Below, in pieces: positions 35,532 through 45,051 of a stretch of DNA of 64,000 bases (its first letter is position 1; the number at the start of each line of letters is the position of its first letter). The position numbers and the translations under genes were made by a program. The notes under the pieces are model-generated. The model had not been told where the DNA came from, ran no database searches, and saw nothing but the letters and a program-made list of their open reading frames with translations. This DNA comes from Lentisphaerota bacterium (GTDB taxonomy: Bacteria; Verrucomicrobiota; Lentisphaeria; Victivallales; Victivallaceae), in assembly GCA_015061745.1 (NCBI GenBank), contig SUWB01000004.1:47883-111882 (forward strand), in the 5' to 3' direction.

Positions 35532-36782
35532 TCATATTTCCTTTTCTTCAAGAAGCCCTTTGAGTTGTTCTGACAGCCACAAACGGTGCATCGGAGCATA
35601 TTCCCGGGGGCCGCCGCCGTGGCCGTGATTGATCTTGTTGAACATAAACTTGGGGCCGGCAAGATTGTTGTAGATCGCATAGACTGCTGTAGGAGCACAG
35701 GCACCGTCAAAGAATCCCACACTCATAAAAATGGGAATGGTGATCCTGCGGGCACAGAAGGATGTATCAAAGTATTTCCGGGTATCCACGTGGTCACGGA
35801 ATTCAGGTGAGTTGGAATCAGAGATATGGCGGCCGGCAAGGAATCCTGCAATGTCTCCAAAGTTGGGAACACCGCAAAAGGCGGCTTTGATATGCTTTGA
35901 AAAGCAGGCGTAATAAAGGCCGAAGCCGCCGCCGTGACTGGCTCCGGAATAGACGACTGCATCTTTATTGATGCCGGGCAGTTCCACCACCAGATCCAGC
36001 AATCTGAGTGAACCGAGGATAGAGGGATAGGCATAAAACTTTTTGGGGTCATCCAAACCGTAGAAAATATAGCGTCTGAGGCCGATCTCTTTCAGGAATT
36101 CCTCGTGACGGGCCTGCCGGTCATCTGCATTGACCACGGGGGGATAGGGCGGCAGCTGGAAAAAAAGAACTGCACAGGTGATGCCGTCCATACGTTCTTT
36201 TATGGCAGCAGGTTCGTTGCGGAAACTGCTCTCTGAAATATAGGCTTCTCCGCCGCCGAACATAACATAGAGGGGAACTTTTTTGCTTTTATCTCTGGGC
36301 TGGGCGAACATCGCGTAGGAACGCAGACCGTTGACATTGGCACAGTCGAGACGGTAAATTTCAAATTCGTCAGTGCCTTCACAGGGAATCATATGGAAAT
36401 CCGCAGGAATGGCATCCCGCTCTTTGAAAGCATTGGCCCAGAATTCGTCAAAGTCTTCAGGTTCTTCCATTAAAGGCCTGATCTGATCAGGATCGACACC
36501 CACACCGCATTCTGCTCCTGCTCCCTCAGCGGAAACTGCACAACGCAGGAATCCGGGGTGGGGAAGTGACGCCTTAAGGGTGGCAGGCGGGGTAATCATC
36601 TGGGTGGAAAGGAGCGTCTCTGCATCAATTGTGATCTCAGCTTTGAGAGGGATCGTCTGATTGGCTGTGATGTAAAACTCTACCGTTTCGCCAACGTGGC
36701 ACAAGTGGGACAGCGGTTTACATTCAATACTGATTTTTAACTCTTCCATTAGTAAACTCCGTATGTTCTGTGTATACGGCAT
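35532..36782 (-). CDS. acetyl-xylan-esterase-like (AXE1/CE7-type) alpha/beta hydrolase with an N-terminal Ig-like domain
   Basis: PEDFDEFWANAFKE followed by an alpha/beta-hydrolase core with the nucleophile elbow GASHGGG. Confidence 0.65.
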   Translation of the reverse strand: MPYTQNIRSLLMEELKISIECKPLSHLCHVGETVEFYITANQTIPLKAEITIDAETLLSTQMITPPATLKASLPHPGFLRCAVSAEGAGAECGVGVDPDQIRPLMEEPEDFDEFWANAFKERDAIPADFHMIPCEGTDEFEIYRLDCANVNGLRSYAMFAQPRDKSKKVPLYVMFGGGEAYISESSFRNEPAAIKERMDGITCAVLFFQLPPYPPVVNADDRQARHEEFLKEIGLRRYIFYGLDDPKKFYAYPSILGSLRLLDLVVELPGINKDAVVYSGASHGGGFGLYYACFSKHIKAAFCGVPNFGDIAGFLAGRHISDSNSPEFRDHVDTRKYFDTSFCARRITIPIFMSVGFFDGACAPTAVYAIYNNLAGPKFMFNKINHGHGGGPREYAPMHRLWLSEQLKGLLEEKEI

Positions 36783-36831
36783 ACTTTATCACCTGAACAG
36801 AAAATTGTCAAGAGGGAAATAAGAGATAACG

Positions 36832-37548
36832 TTATTTTTTCCAGACAATTGAACGCATTTCCGCTGCCGCAGCACTGTATTGTTCCAGAATTCCTTGAGT
36901 AACGTGCTGTACACTGAAGCCCACAACCAACGCATCGGGCAGGATAAATGCAACGGCAAAAGAGTCTTTTTTATGCTGACAGCAGAACCCGTCTTGCAGA
37001 ACTTGTTTTTTCTGCTGTTCAAAGTTTTTGACTGTCCCCCATTTGCCAATACCGAATTCATCAAATGGAAACTTTTTTTCCAATTCTCTTGACAGTTCGG
37101 GATTTGCCGATTGCAAGGCAATGGCTGAGGCGGAAACATAGGGCATAAAAATGCGGTCAGAGGGATGTTGAAGCAGCCCCGGCAGATCCGGCGATACTCT
37201 GAGGAGACATCTGATCTCATTGCCCCGTAAAGCGGAAACGGTCAGCGTGCATTGGGGAAAACGACGGGAAAAATCAAGGAGCATTGTGCTCAAATTTTCC
37301 ATCGTGTCATTCTTTTTCATAGAGCTTGCCATATCCAAAACAGCCGGTCCCAGTGAAAAACGGTTGAGGCTGTCTTTCACCAGAAATTCCCGTGCTGCCA
37401 GGGTACGGAGCAAATTGTGGACGGTGGACTTTTTCAAGCCGGTATCTTGGGTGATCTCGTTGAGTCTCATCCCCTCCGGCCGGGAGGAGATGAGTTTCAA
37501 GATATCCAGCCCTCTGAGCAGTGAATGGACAAGATCGGAATGTGCCAT
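36832..37548 (-). CDS. IclR-family transcriptional regulator
   Basis: N-terminal wHTH LRGLDILKLISSRPEGMRLNEITQDTGLKKSTVHNLLRTL plus a C-terminal effector domain. Length 238 aa. Confidence 0.85.
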   Translation of the reverse strand: MAHSDLVHSLLRGLDILKLISSRPEGMRLNEITQDTGLKKSTVHNLLRTLAAREFLVKDSLNRFSLGPAVLDMASSMKKNDTMENLSTMLLDFSRRFPQCTLTVSALRGNEIRCLLRVSPDLPGLLQHPSDRIFMPYVSASAIALQSANPELSRELEKKFPFDEFGIGKWGTVKNFEQQKKQVLQDGFCCQHKKDSFAVAFILPDALVVGFSVQHVTQGILEQYSAAAAEMRSIVWKK

Positions 37549-37551
37549 AGA

Positions 37552-38613
37552 TCAATCCGCTTCGTTTTGAGGTGTCTCTGCTTGTTTGATATTGGAAAGA
37601 TTGGGATCTTCTTGGCTCCAATCCACGCTCCAAACAGGACGGCGGCGGAATTTTTCTTTGAATGTATTTTGCAGAACTCCACGGGATTCCAAACTGATCA
37701 TACAGGCCCGGGTACATCCTCTTGAACCGCAGACGGCCTGACCGGTTTTATACAGACTGACAGGTTTGTGACGGAAAGGAGACCATTCACCGGGAACTGT
37801 GTCGTTGGGTTCGCCTTTCAGATAGGGATCATCCTGAATGACACCTGAATGTTTTGTGCCGGTAAAAATAGAACCGCATTTCTGGATGTCGATGTCTGCC
37901 CACTCCACTTCGTGCCCGGCAAGGTTGACTTTTACGGTTTTTTCAGGGTCGAAACATTGTCCGGGGCAGGCTTTGACACAGGCCATACAGCGGTTGCAGA
38001 GCTGAGGGCCGTCATAAATGGGGTCAGGTTCAAGTTCCACATCAGTGAGAACGATCCCCACCCGGCAGCGGGGGCCGAACTGGGGGCTCAGGAACATCTT
38101 GCTGAAGCCGATTTCTCCCAGACCGCAGAGGTAGGCGGCAATACGCAGATGAACCATAATATCAGGACGTGCCTGTCCGGGACGGGCCGGACGGCTGAAG
38201 TTGTTTTTAAGATCTCCGCTGTTGTTGATCGCCCGCCAGTCACTCTGATGTCCCATCGGTATGGCTTCATAGCCCTGATCTTCGATGAATTTGCTCAAAT
38301 TGATCACGGTCATAGGCATATAAAGATAGGTGATGCCGCCGTAGCCCATTGCGGAGTAGTTACTGAAAAAAGTACCTTCTTCGACGCCCCGCAAACTGCC
38401 CCGTTCCACACGGAAAACAAGTCCGATAATGCTTTTGCATTCCGGCATAATCTGGCGGGGATCCATTTGCAGCGGAGAATTTTCCCAGCGTTCAATATTG
38501 CCGATCCCGACAACATCAGCTCCCAGTTCAAGAGCCTTGCGTTTCACTGCAAGAGCGGCTGCTTTGGGATCACTCAGGTCTACTGAGTTAAAATCTCTGG
38601 TCATAATGGCCAT
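37552..38613 (-). CDS. 4Fe-4S cluster protein, QueG / reductive-dehalogenase-like family
   Basis: CNRCMACVKACP ferredoxin motif plus a second Cys group CGSRGCTRAC. The N-terminal region resembles the RdhA/QueG-type fold. Confidence 0.6.
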   Translation of the reverse strand: MAIMTRDFNSVDLSDPKAAALAVKRKALELGADVVGIGNIERWENSPLQMDPRQIMPECKSIIGLVFRVERGSLRGVEEGTFFSNYSAMGYGGITYLYMPMTVINLSKFIEDQGYEAIPMGHQSDWRAINNSGDLKNNFSRPARPGQARPDIMVHLRIAAYLCGLGEIGFSKMFLSPQFGPRCRVGIVLTDVELEPDPIYDGPQLCNRCMACVKACPGQCFDPEKTVKVNLAGHEVEWADIDIQKCGSIFTGTKHSGVIQDDPYLKGEPNDTVPGEWSPFRHKPVSLYKTGQAVCGSRGCTRACMISLESRGVLQNTFKEKFRRRPVWSVDWSQEDPNLSNIKQAETPQNEAD

Positions 38614-38676
38614 AATAAAAATCTCCTTTTTGTGTTCATCAATGATGTATATTTGTCTATCGTTGTCTTTTGGAAA

Positions 38677-38705
38677 AATATATACCGGGATGTTGATAAA
38701 TACAA
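38677..38705 (-). promoter_or_regulatory. candidate promoter (TTGTAT-17-TATATT)
   Basis: Minus strand reads aggacTTGTATttatcaacatcccggtaTATATT, about 64 nt upstream of ATG 38613. Confidence 0.4.
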
Positions 38706-38753
38706 GTCCTGAAATAAAGAAATTCTGAAAATTTTCCGGGAGCGGTAAAATGG

Positions 38754-39461
38754 TCAGAAAAGAAGTTTTCCCAGTAATGCCGCCAAAGCGAATTCTGTAC
38801 GCAAGATCCTTGTTCCGAGAGACATTGCATTGAAATTGTGTTCTTTCAATGTGTTAATCTCGTACTCTGTGAATCCCCCTTCCGGCCCTAAAGCCAATGT
38901 GACAGGAGTCCCCCGGACGGGAACGGGGGCTGTGCCTGCGGGGTCTCCGAAAAGCCTCAGGGAATTTCCGGCGATATTTTCCAGTTCGTCGTCGGCAAAA
39001 GGTTTGAAACGGCGGTGAAAAAAGAGCTGCGGTTCGACCGGGTCGGCAGATTGCTCAAGGGCAAGATCGATTTCTTCCTGCAAGTTTTCCGGAAGCAGTC
39101 TGGAACTCTGCCAGTAACTTTTTTCCACCTTGAAAGTATGGATAAAATGGATCTTTTTAATGCCGATCGTCACCGCACTGTGAATGACTTTACTGAAAGT
39201 CTGAGGCCGCTGCAAGGCGATGATCAAGGTCAGAGGCGGTGCCGGGGGAGGGGGAGTCAACGGGGTATAATCCAGTTCCGCAGACTCTGAAGTAAGGGCC
39301 GTGACCACAGCTGTGCCGCAGGATGTGTTCCGGACGCCTGCTTTGATGTTTTTCCCGATGTCGATGTGGATAAAATCCTTCAAACGGGTAAAGCGGCGGC
39401 CGGAAATAGAAACTCTAACCGGAGAAACAAAATCATTTTTATCTAAGAGAAGCATATTCAT
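38754..39461 (-). CDS. rsmE: 16S rRNA (uracil1498-N3)-methyltransferase RsmE
   Basis: C-terminal GPEGGFTEYE motif. Length 235 aa with a PUA-like N-terminus. Confidence 0.8.
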   Translation of the reverse strand: MNMLLLDKNDFVSPVRVSISGRRFTRLKDFIHIDIGKNIKAGVRNTSCGTAVVTALTSESAELDYTPLTPPPPAPPLTLIIALQRPQTFSKVIHSAVTIGIKKIHFIHTFKVEKSYWQSSRLLPENLQEEIDLALEQSADPVEPQLFFHRRFKPFADDELENIAGNSLRLFGDPAGTAPVPVRGTPVTLALGPEGGFTEYEINTLKEHNFNAMSLGTRILRTEFALAALLGKLLF

Positions 39462-39576
39462 CTTTTTTATTCCTTTAATTTTTTTTCAGTTTGACGTCAT
39501 TTTTTCCGGATAACAGGGAATGTTCCGGAACTTAGCCGGAGAGACGGCAAAAGAAAAAAGGTGTTTGTTTTTTTCA

Positions 39577-41388
39577 TCAGGCGTCTCCCGAATGTCGATC
39601 GGTTTTGGAATACAGTGCGTAATAGTACCCTTTGCGGGCAAGAAGTTCCGAATGGGAGCCTGATTCCACGATTTTTCCCGATCTCATACAGTAAATGCAG
39701 TCGGCATCCTGAATGGTGGAAAGCCGGTGGGCGATGACAATAGAGGTGCGGTTGCGGCCCAGCTTGTCAAAGGCTTGCTGAACAAGTGTTTCAGATTCAT
39801 TATCAAGGGAACTTGTCGCTTCATCAAGAATAAGGATCGGAGGATTTTTCAGGAACACCCGGGCTATGGCGATCCGCTGCCGCTGGCCCCCTGAAAGTTT
39901 GACGCCGTTTTCTCCGCAGTGACTTTCGTATTGGTCGGGCAGCGTGGTGATGAAATCGTGAATACCTGCAAAACGTGCTGCTGCAATGATTGCTTCATCA
40001 TCCGCCCCGGGGCGGCCTACGGAAATATTTTCTTTTATGGAACCGTCAAAGATCCAGGGACTTTGGCTGACGGTGCCGATGTTGGAACGGAGCAATTCCA
40101 GAGAATAGGTGTTGATGTTTCTGCCGTCCAGCAGGATCTCTCCTGAAACAGGTTCATAGAAACGTGAAATTAAAGCTCCGAGGGTGGTTTTTCCTGCCCC
40201 TGATTCACCCACAAGAGCGATTTTTTTGCCGGGGGCGATGAGCAGGGAAATATTTTTGAGCACTTCAGGTTCTTCCGGCTTCATAGAGGGATATTTGAAA
40301 CTCACATTCCGGAGTTCCAGCTGCCCTTTGAGCGGTTCCGGCAAAGTTGTCAGACATCCCGGATTGTCTTTGATGGCGGGAGTAATGCTCATAATTTCAC
40401 GGAATCTTTCAAAAGCCGCCATTCCCTGCTGATACTGTTCGGCAAGTTCCACCATCATCATCAAAGGATGGGTAATGGAGTGGGAATACATAAAGAAAAC
40501 GATCAACTCGGCCGTATCCGCCATCTTGAAGCAGACAAGGACTACGCCGATAGCAATAAAAACCCGGGTATAGCCGTGAAGCAAAAGCCGCATCCCGATG
40601 TGAAAAAGAGCCAGCAGTTGACGCAATGATTCCTGAAAAACAAGCAGAGCACTGTTTTTTGCCGAAAATCTGGCAAGCTGCTCTTTTTCATTGGTGAAAC
40701 TCTGGGTTTCCCGGATGCCTTTTATTCCATTGTCGACACAGGCGTTCAGTTCGGCAACACTTTTGCGGACATTTCCGAAAGAATTTCTCATTCTGTTTTG
40801 GAAGAAATACATCCAGAGAAGAATAAATGGGGCGGGCAGCAGAATAAAACAGGCAAGACGCCAGTTGATCCACATCATAATGGCCACGCCCAAAAGAAAA
40901 CGCAGTCCCGCAGAAACAAGGATCTCCGGAGCTCGGTGGGCAAGAGAAGAAACTGTCGTCAGATCATTGGTCATCCGCGAAAGAATTGTTCCGCTGCGTT
41001 CCGAGTCGTAATATGAAAAAGGCAGAGAGAGCAGGTGGCGGAAAAGATCCTGCCGCATATCCGCTTCCATCCGGTAGCCCAGAACGGCCCCCCAACGCAT
41101 AGAAATGTAGTCGAAAACACCTCCGGCCACGAGGAGAAATACGACCAGAAGCATACTGAGGAGTACCATAGAAGTATTACCGGATGGCAGATAATTTTTC
41201 AGAGCTTCCAATATGACCACCGGAGAAAATGATGCTGCTGCCGGGGCGGCAACAGCGGCAAGAAGGGTGATGAAAAGCAGTTTTTTGTAACGGGGATAAT
41301 ACAGCAAAAAGGCCTTCAGAAGCTTCTTTTGCTCCTGAAAGCTCAATTTGGGGGCTTTTTCATCAGCAAATCTGAAATGAGGCGGCAT
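39577..41388 (-). CDS. ABC exporter, fused permease/ATPase (MsbA-like type I exporter)
   Basis: Six N-terminal TM helices, then GESGAGKTT, LSGGQRQRIAIARVFL and ILILDEATSSLD. Confidence 0.9.
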   Translation of the reverse strand: MPPHFRFADEKAPKLSFQEQKKLLKAFLLYYPRYKKLLFITLLAAVAAPAAASFSPVVILEALKNYLPSGNTSMVLLSMLLVVFLLVAGGVFDYISMRWGAVLGYRMEADMRQDLFRHLLSLPFSYYDSERSGTILSRMTNDLTTVSSLAHRAPEILVSAGLRFLLGVAIMMWINWRLACFILLPAPFILLWMYFFQNRMRNSFGNVRKSVAELNACVDNGIKGIRETQSFTNEKEQLARFSAKNSALLVFQESLRQLLALFHIGMRLLLHGYTRVFIAIGVVLVCFKMADTAELIVFFMYSHSITHPLMMMVELAEQYQQGMAAFERFREIMSITPAIKDNPGCLTTLPEPLKGQLELRNVSFKYPSMKPEEPEVLKNISLLIAPGKKIALVGESGAGKTTLGALISRFYEPVSGEILLDGRNINTYSLELLRSNIGTVSQSPWIFDGSIKENISVGRPGADDEAIIAAARFAGIHDFITTLPDQYESHCGENGVKLSGGQRQRIAIARVFLKNPPILILDEATSSLDNESETLVQQAFDKLGRNRTSIVIAHRLSTIQDADCIYCMRSGKIVESGSHSELLARKGYYYALYSKTDRHSGDA

Positions 41389-41409
41389 CTTGTTCCCTTG
41401 TTAAGTTGC

Positions 41410-41446
41410 ACAAAAGGCACTGAAGTAATTGCCGCTTCAGTGCCTT
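41410..41446 (-). terminator. hairpin terminator after the oxidoreductase gene
   Basis: Perfect 12-bp stem AAGGCACTGAAG / CTTCAGTGCCTT. On the minus strand it is followed by TTTTGTG. Confidence 0.6.
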
Positions 41447-41470
41447 GATGTCGATTGTATGTTTCTGAAA

Positions 41471-42316
41471 TCAAATAATGTTGATCCAGCTGCCGGGCTG
41501 TGCCATACCTTTGACGGCAGCATCAAGGATAGCAGCGATCTCAATGGTTTCTGCAACAGGAATGGGGTTGATCTTTGTTTTGTAGAATTCCAGAATGGCT
41601 TGAAGCAGATTGGGGAAGATATTGCTATGGGTATTCAGCTGGGCACCTGTATCATCAGATGCTGCTGCAAGAGTGAATCCCCAATGAGGTGAATAGTTCA
41701 TAGAAGCGATCCGCTCATCACCGTAACGGAGGGCAACGGTCAGTTTTTTCTCATCACCGCAGAGTTGAAGTTCTTTTGCTCCTGTTCCCAGCAGAGAGAC
41801 GATCATCTCGATCTGGTGAATGGCGTATTCAGGGAAATTTCTGCCGCCCCCGCAGGTGCTTGCACTGAGAAATTTGATACCCTTTTTACGCAAATCAATC
41901 AACTCTGTGCCGAAACGCAATGCTGAACTGCTCATAAGAGGGGTATTGTATTGGGCCGCGAGAGCAAACATCCGTTCTGCTGCCGCACGGTTCGGGGCAA
42001 AGGGTTTGTCAACGTAGACAGGTTTTCCGCTTTTAAGAGCAAGATCGGCAAGTTCTTCGTGGACTTCCGGATTGGAAGGAGCCAGTACACAGATGCAGTC
42101 ACTGTTTTCAATGACCTCCTCAATTGAAGCTGCCGGAGTAACCTGCTGTGCCGCACACCACTCTGTAAGGGACTTTTGGCCTTCAAGGGGAGCTTTTTCC
42201 CAGGCAAATGCCACATCAAACTCATCTTTTAATGCGGATTCTCTGATCCAATTGGGATAGTTATTTGCGTGCCATTCGTCGATAAAAAGGTCGATAAAGC
42301 CGATTTTCTTTTTCAT
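41471..42316 (-). CDS. Gfo/Idh/MocA-like oxidoreductase
   Basis: VLAPSNPEVHEELADLALKSGKPVYVDKPFA is the typical family pattern. ATG 42316 (MKKKIGFID...) avoids overlap with the upstream gene. Confidence 0.7.
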   Translation of the reverse strand: MKKKIGFIDLFIDEWHANNYPNWIRESALKDEFDVAFAWEKAPLEGQKSLTEWCAAQQVTPAASIEEVIENSDCICVLAPSNPEVHEELADLALKSGKPVYVDKPFAPNRAAAERMFALAAQYNTPLMSSSALRFGTELIDLRKKGIKFLSASTCGGGRNFPEYAIHQIEMIVSLLGTGAKELQLCGDEKKLTVALRYGDERIASMNYSPHWGFTLAAASDDTGAQLNTHSNIFPNLLQAILEFYKTKINPIPVAETIEIAAILDAAVKGMAQPGSWINII

Positions 42317-42320
42317 AGGG

Positions 42321-43799
42321 TCACTCATCCTTACATTTTTTTTCATCCACGCTGGGGTCGCACCCGTTCCAACAGTAGGTGCACAAATTTTCTTTGGGGA
42401 TTCCGATCGCCTCAAGAAGTTTGTCCAACTGCTGGAATTTCAATGTGGTGAAATTGAGTTTCTTGCGGATCACATTGACCATTGCATTATACTCTTTTGA
42501 ACCGAATACCTGATATTTGGCAAGAATTTCAGGAGTCAGTTCTTCGGTGCCTTCAAGTTCAGAGATCGCTTTTCTGGCAGCCAGTTCCTGTTCGTTGCGG
42601 GAACGGGAGAAGTTCAGGAAACGGCAGCCGTAAAGCAAAGGAGGACAGGCGGAACGCATATGGACTTCCACCGCACCTTTTTCATAGATACGTTTGACCG
42701 TATCGCCCAACTGAGTGCCGCGGACGATGGAATCATCGCAGAAAAGCAACTTTTTCCCGGCAATCTGACTTTCGACAGGAATCAGTTTCATCTTTGCCAC
42801 TTTTTCACGCATACTCTGGTTGGGGGGCATAAAAGAACGGGCCCAGGTGGGCGTGTATTTTACAAATGAACGCTGATACGGACGGCCGAAACGGTTGGCA
42901 TAACCGATCGCATGGGGGATCCCGGAATCCGGAATACCGCAAATAGAGTCGATTTTTCCTTTGTATTCTTCGTCCTGATCCGCCATTGAAGCACCGTTGC
43001 GGTAGCGGGCGGATTCTGTATTGATGCCTTCATAGCAACTGGAGGGATAACCGTAATAGACCCAGAAAAAGGTGCATATTTTCATACAGGAGCCGCAAGG
43101 CTTCATAACTTTGGCTTCTTTGAGAGTGAGCATACGGATCTCGCCGGGGCCCAACTCGACATCCGGTTCGATATCAAGATTGGGAAATGCGGAAGTTTCC
43201 ATAGTGACTGCACGGGCGGTGATGCTGCCGGAATCATCTTTCCGGACTCCCAGGACGACCGGAGTTCTGCCGAAGCGGTCACGGGCGGCATAGATGACTC
43301 CCTGATGCAGGATCAGAAGTGAAAGAGAACCGTCGATGATCTGCTGGGCGTGGGCAATACCTTCAACAATGGAGTTTTTTCTGGAAATGAGAATGGCGGC
43401 GATTTCTGTGGGATTGGGTTCGCCCGATCCGTATTCAGACAGATGGGAAAGGCCGTCAGCCATCTCATTTTTGATGATCTCATCAATATTGTTGATCTTG
43501 CCGACTGTGATAATGGCAAAAGTACCGAACTTTGATGTAACCACCAAGGGCTGGTCGTCATCGTCGCTGATAACACCTATACCGCTGGTGCATCCGCTGA
43601 AAAGAGCCAGACTTTCCGCTCCGAATTTTGTTCTGAACGGGGTGTTTGAAATGTCGTGAATTCTTCTTCTTATGACCCCGTCCCCGGTGCTCATAGCCAT
43701 ACCGCCGCGCCGGGTGCCGAGATGAGAATGATAGTCTGTACCGTAATAGATGTCCTCAACGCATTCTGCGCTGGAAACGACTCCGAAAAAACCGCCCAT
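42321..43799 (-). CDS. amidophosphoribosyltransferase-like protein (PurF family) lacking the N-terminal Cys nucleophile
   Basis: N-terminus is MGGFFGVVS where canonical PurF has MCG. The Ntn-amidotransferase-like fold pattern is present. PRPP loop is LLFCDDSIVRGTQL. The track start is GTG 43847. ATG 43799 is preferred but uncertain. Confidence 0.75.
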   Translation of the reverse strand: MGGFFGVVSSAECVEDIYYGTDYHSHLGTRRGGMAMSTGDGVIRRRIHDISNTPFRTKFGAESLALFSGCTSGIGVISDDDDQPLVVTSKFGTFAIITVGKINNIDEIIKNEMADGLSHLSEYGSGEPNPTEIAAILISRKNSIVEGIAHAQQIIDGSLSLLILHQGVIYAARDRFGRTPVVLGVRKDDSGSITARAVTMETSAFPNLDIEPDVELGPGEIRMLTLKEAKVMKPCGSCMKICTFFWVYYGYPSSCYEGINTESARYRNGASMADQDEEYKGKIDSICGIPDSGIPHAIGYANRFGRPYQRSFVKYTPTWARSFMPPNQSMREKVAKMKLIPVESQIAGKKLLFCDDSIVRGTQLGDTVKRIYEKGAVEVHMRSACPPLLYGCRFLNFSRSRNEQELAARKAISELEGTEELTPEILAKYQVFGSKEYNAMVNVIRKKLNFTTLKFQQLDKLLEAIGIPKENLCTYCWNGCDPSVDEKKCKDE

Positions 43800-43904
43800 A
43801 TTGTGATAATCTCCGTTTTCAAGAATTGCCGTTGCTAAATTTATCACAAAATTGCTGTTTTTTCAACTGTTTCGTGATAAAATTTTGCAATATTCCTTAA
43901 AAAA

Positions 43905-44735
43905 TCATTTTTTGACGGAAGGAACGATATGGGAGTCCACCTCTTTTGTTCCTTTGCCGTTTTTAAGAGATGCCTGATAGATTTCCCGGTAAAAGCTCAG
44001 GGGAACCTTGATCGTCACTTCAGCTTTGCAGGAAAGTTTTTCAAAGTCTATATTTTTCTCAGGGATGCCCACTGTTTTGAGCAGGCAGCGTGCCATCATC
44101 ATATCGCCTGCGGGTGCCATATGGACACCGTCGGTAGTCAGCAGATTGCCTTTGGCTGCGGGGTATTGCTTTTTGAGCCGGGCAAGTTCATTCTGCATAG
44201 CTGCATTGGTGTCGGCAAGGAGACATTTTTTCCGGGCTGCCAGTTCACGCAGAAAGGCATTGTAGTCCGCAAGTTTTCTGTTGGCGGCGTTTCCGGCATC
44301 TTCGCGGATCATCGTAGCGGTCATAATGCACACGGTGATGTTGGCTTTTTGAGCCTTTTCGACGATAGCGGTGATATTTTTCTTATACTGTTCCAGTTTG
44401 ATTCCTCTTGCTCCGTGCCAGACATCGTTGACGCCGCAGCTCAAAAAGAGGAATTGGGCTTTCTTTTTGATGACATCTCTGTCCAGCCGGGCGAGCATCT
44501 GGTCGGACTTGTGACCGCTGATACCGGCTTTTATGGGGATGATTTTTATCTTGTTCTGAGCAAGGATATTGATGACAAGATTGACATAACCTGCTTCCCG
44601 TCTCTGGCCGTACTGCGTGATCGAATCCCCGAGAAAGGCAACCCGGGAATTGTTTTTGATGACACATTCGGCAGCTCCGGCAGTGAGGGCGAAAACAAGA
44701 GTGAAAATAATCGAATTTGCAATATTCTTAGACAT
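43905..44735 (-). CDS. secreted SGNH/GDSL-family hydrolase
   Basis: Signal peptide. Block I is VAFLGDSIT. Later blocks include GVNDV, and DGVH sits near the C-terminus. Confidence 0.8.
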   Translation of the reverse strand: MSKNIANSIIFTLVFALTAGAAECVIKNNSRVAFLGDSITQYGQRREAGYVNLVINILAQNKIKIIPIKAGISGHKSDQMLARLDRDVIKKKAQFLFLSCGVNDVWHGARGIKLEQYKKNITAIVEKAQKANITVCIMTATMIREDAGNAANRKLADYNAFLRELAARKKCLLADTNAAMQNELARLKKQYPAAKGNLLTTDGVHMAPAGDMMMARCLLKTVGIPEKNIDFEKLSCKAEVTIKVPLSFYREIYQASLKNGKGTKEVDSHIVPSVKK

Positions 44736-44937
44736 AAATTATTCTCCGTAAGTTTTAGTGGACTTTGTCTGTCGGATAATATAACCTGTAAAGGAAATTT
44801 TTTCAAGAGTTTTCCCCGGAAGTTGAATTTCATTTTTTCAGACTGTATATTATTGAAAAGTACAGTGGAGAAAAGATGAAAAAGTGTATAATTTTGCATT
44901 TTTAGCAGAAAAGTCCACAATAATGCAGAAAAATCCA

Positions 44938-44966
44938 TTGCTTTTCACCCCTTTTTGCACTATACT
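44938..44966 (+). promoter_or_regulatory. candidate promoter (TTGCTT-17-TATACT)
   Basis: TTGCTTttcacccctttttgcacTATACT, about 85 nt upstream of ATG 45052. Confidence 0.4.
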
Positions 44967-45051
44967 ATAAGCGGAACTTGTGAAACTGTATATTGCAAGA
45001 GTCCCGTCAAAGACGATCCAACAGCTTGAATAATTTTCAGAAGGTTGAAAA

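Noticed and set aside
43929-44879. 316-aa plus-strand ORF
   Set aside because: It is antisense to a convincing SGNH hydrolase (signal peptide, GDSIT, DGVH), and its own translation has no recognisable features.
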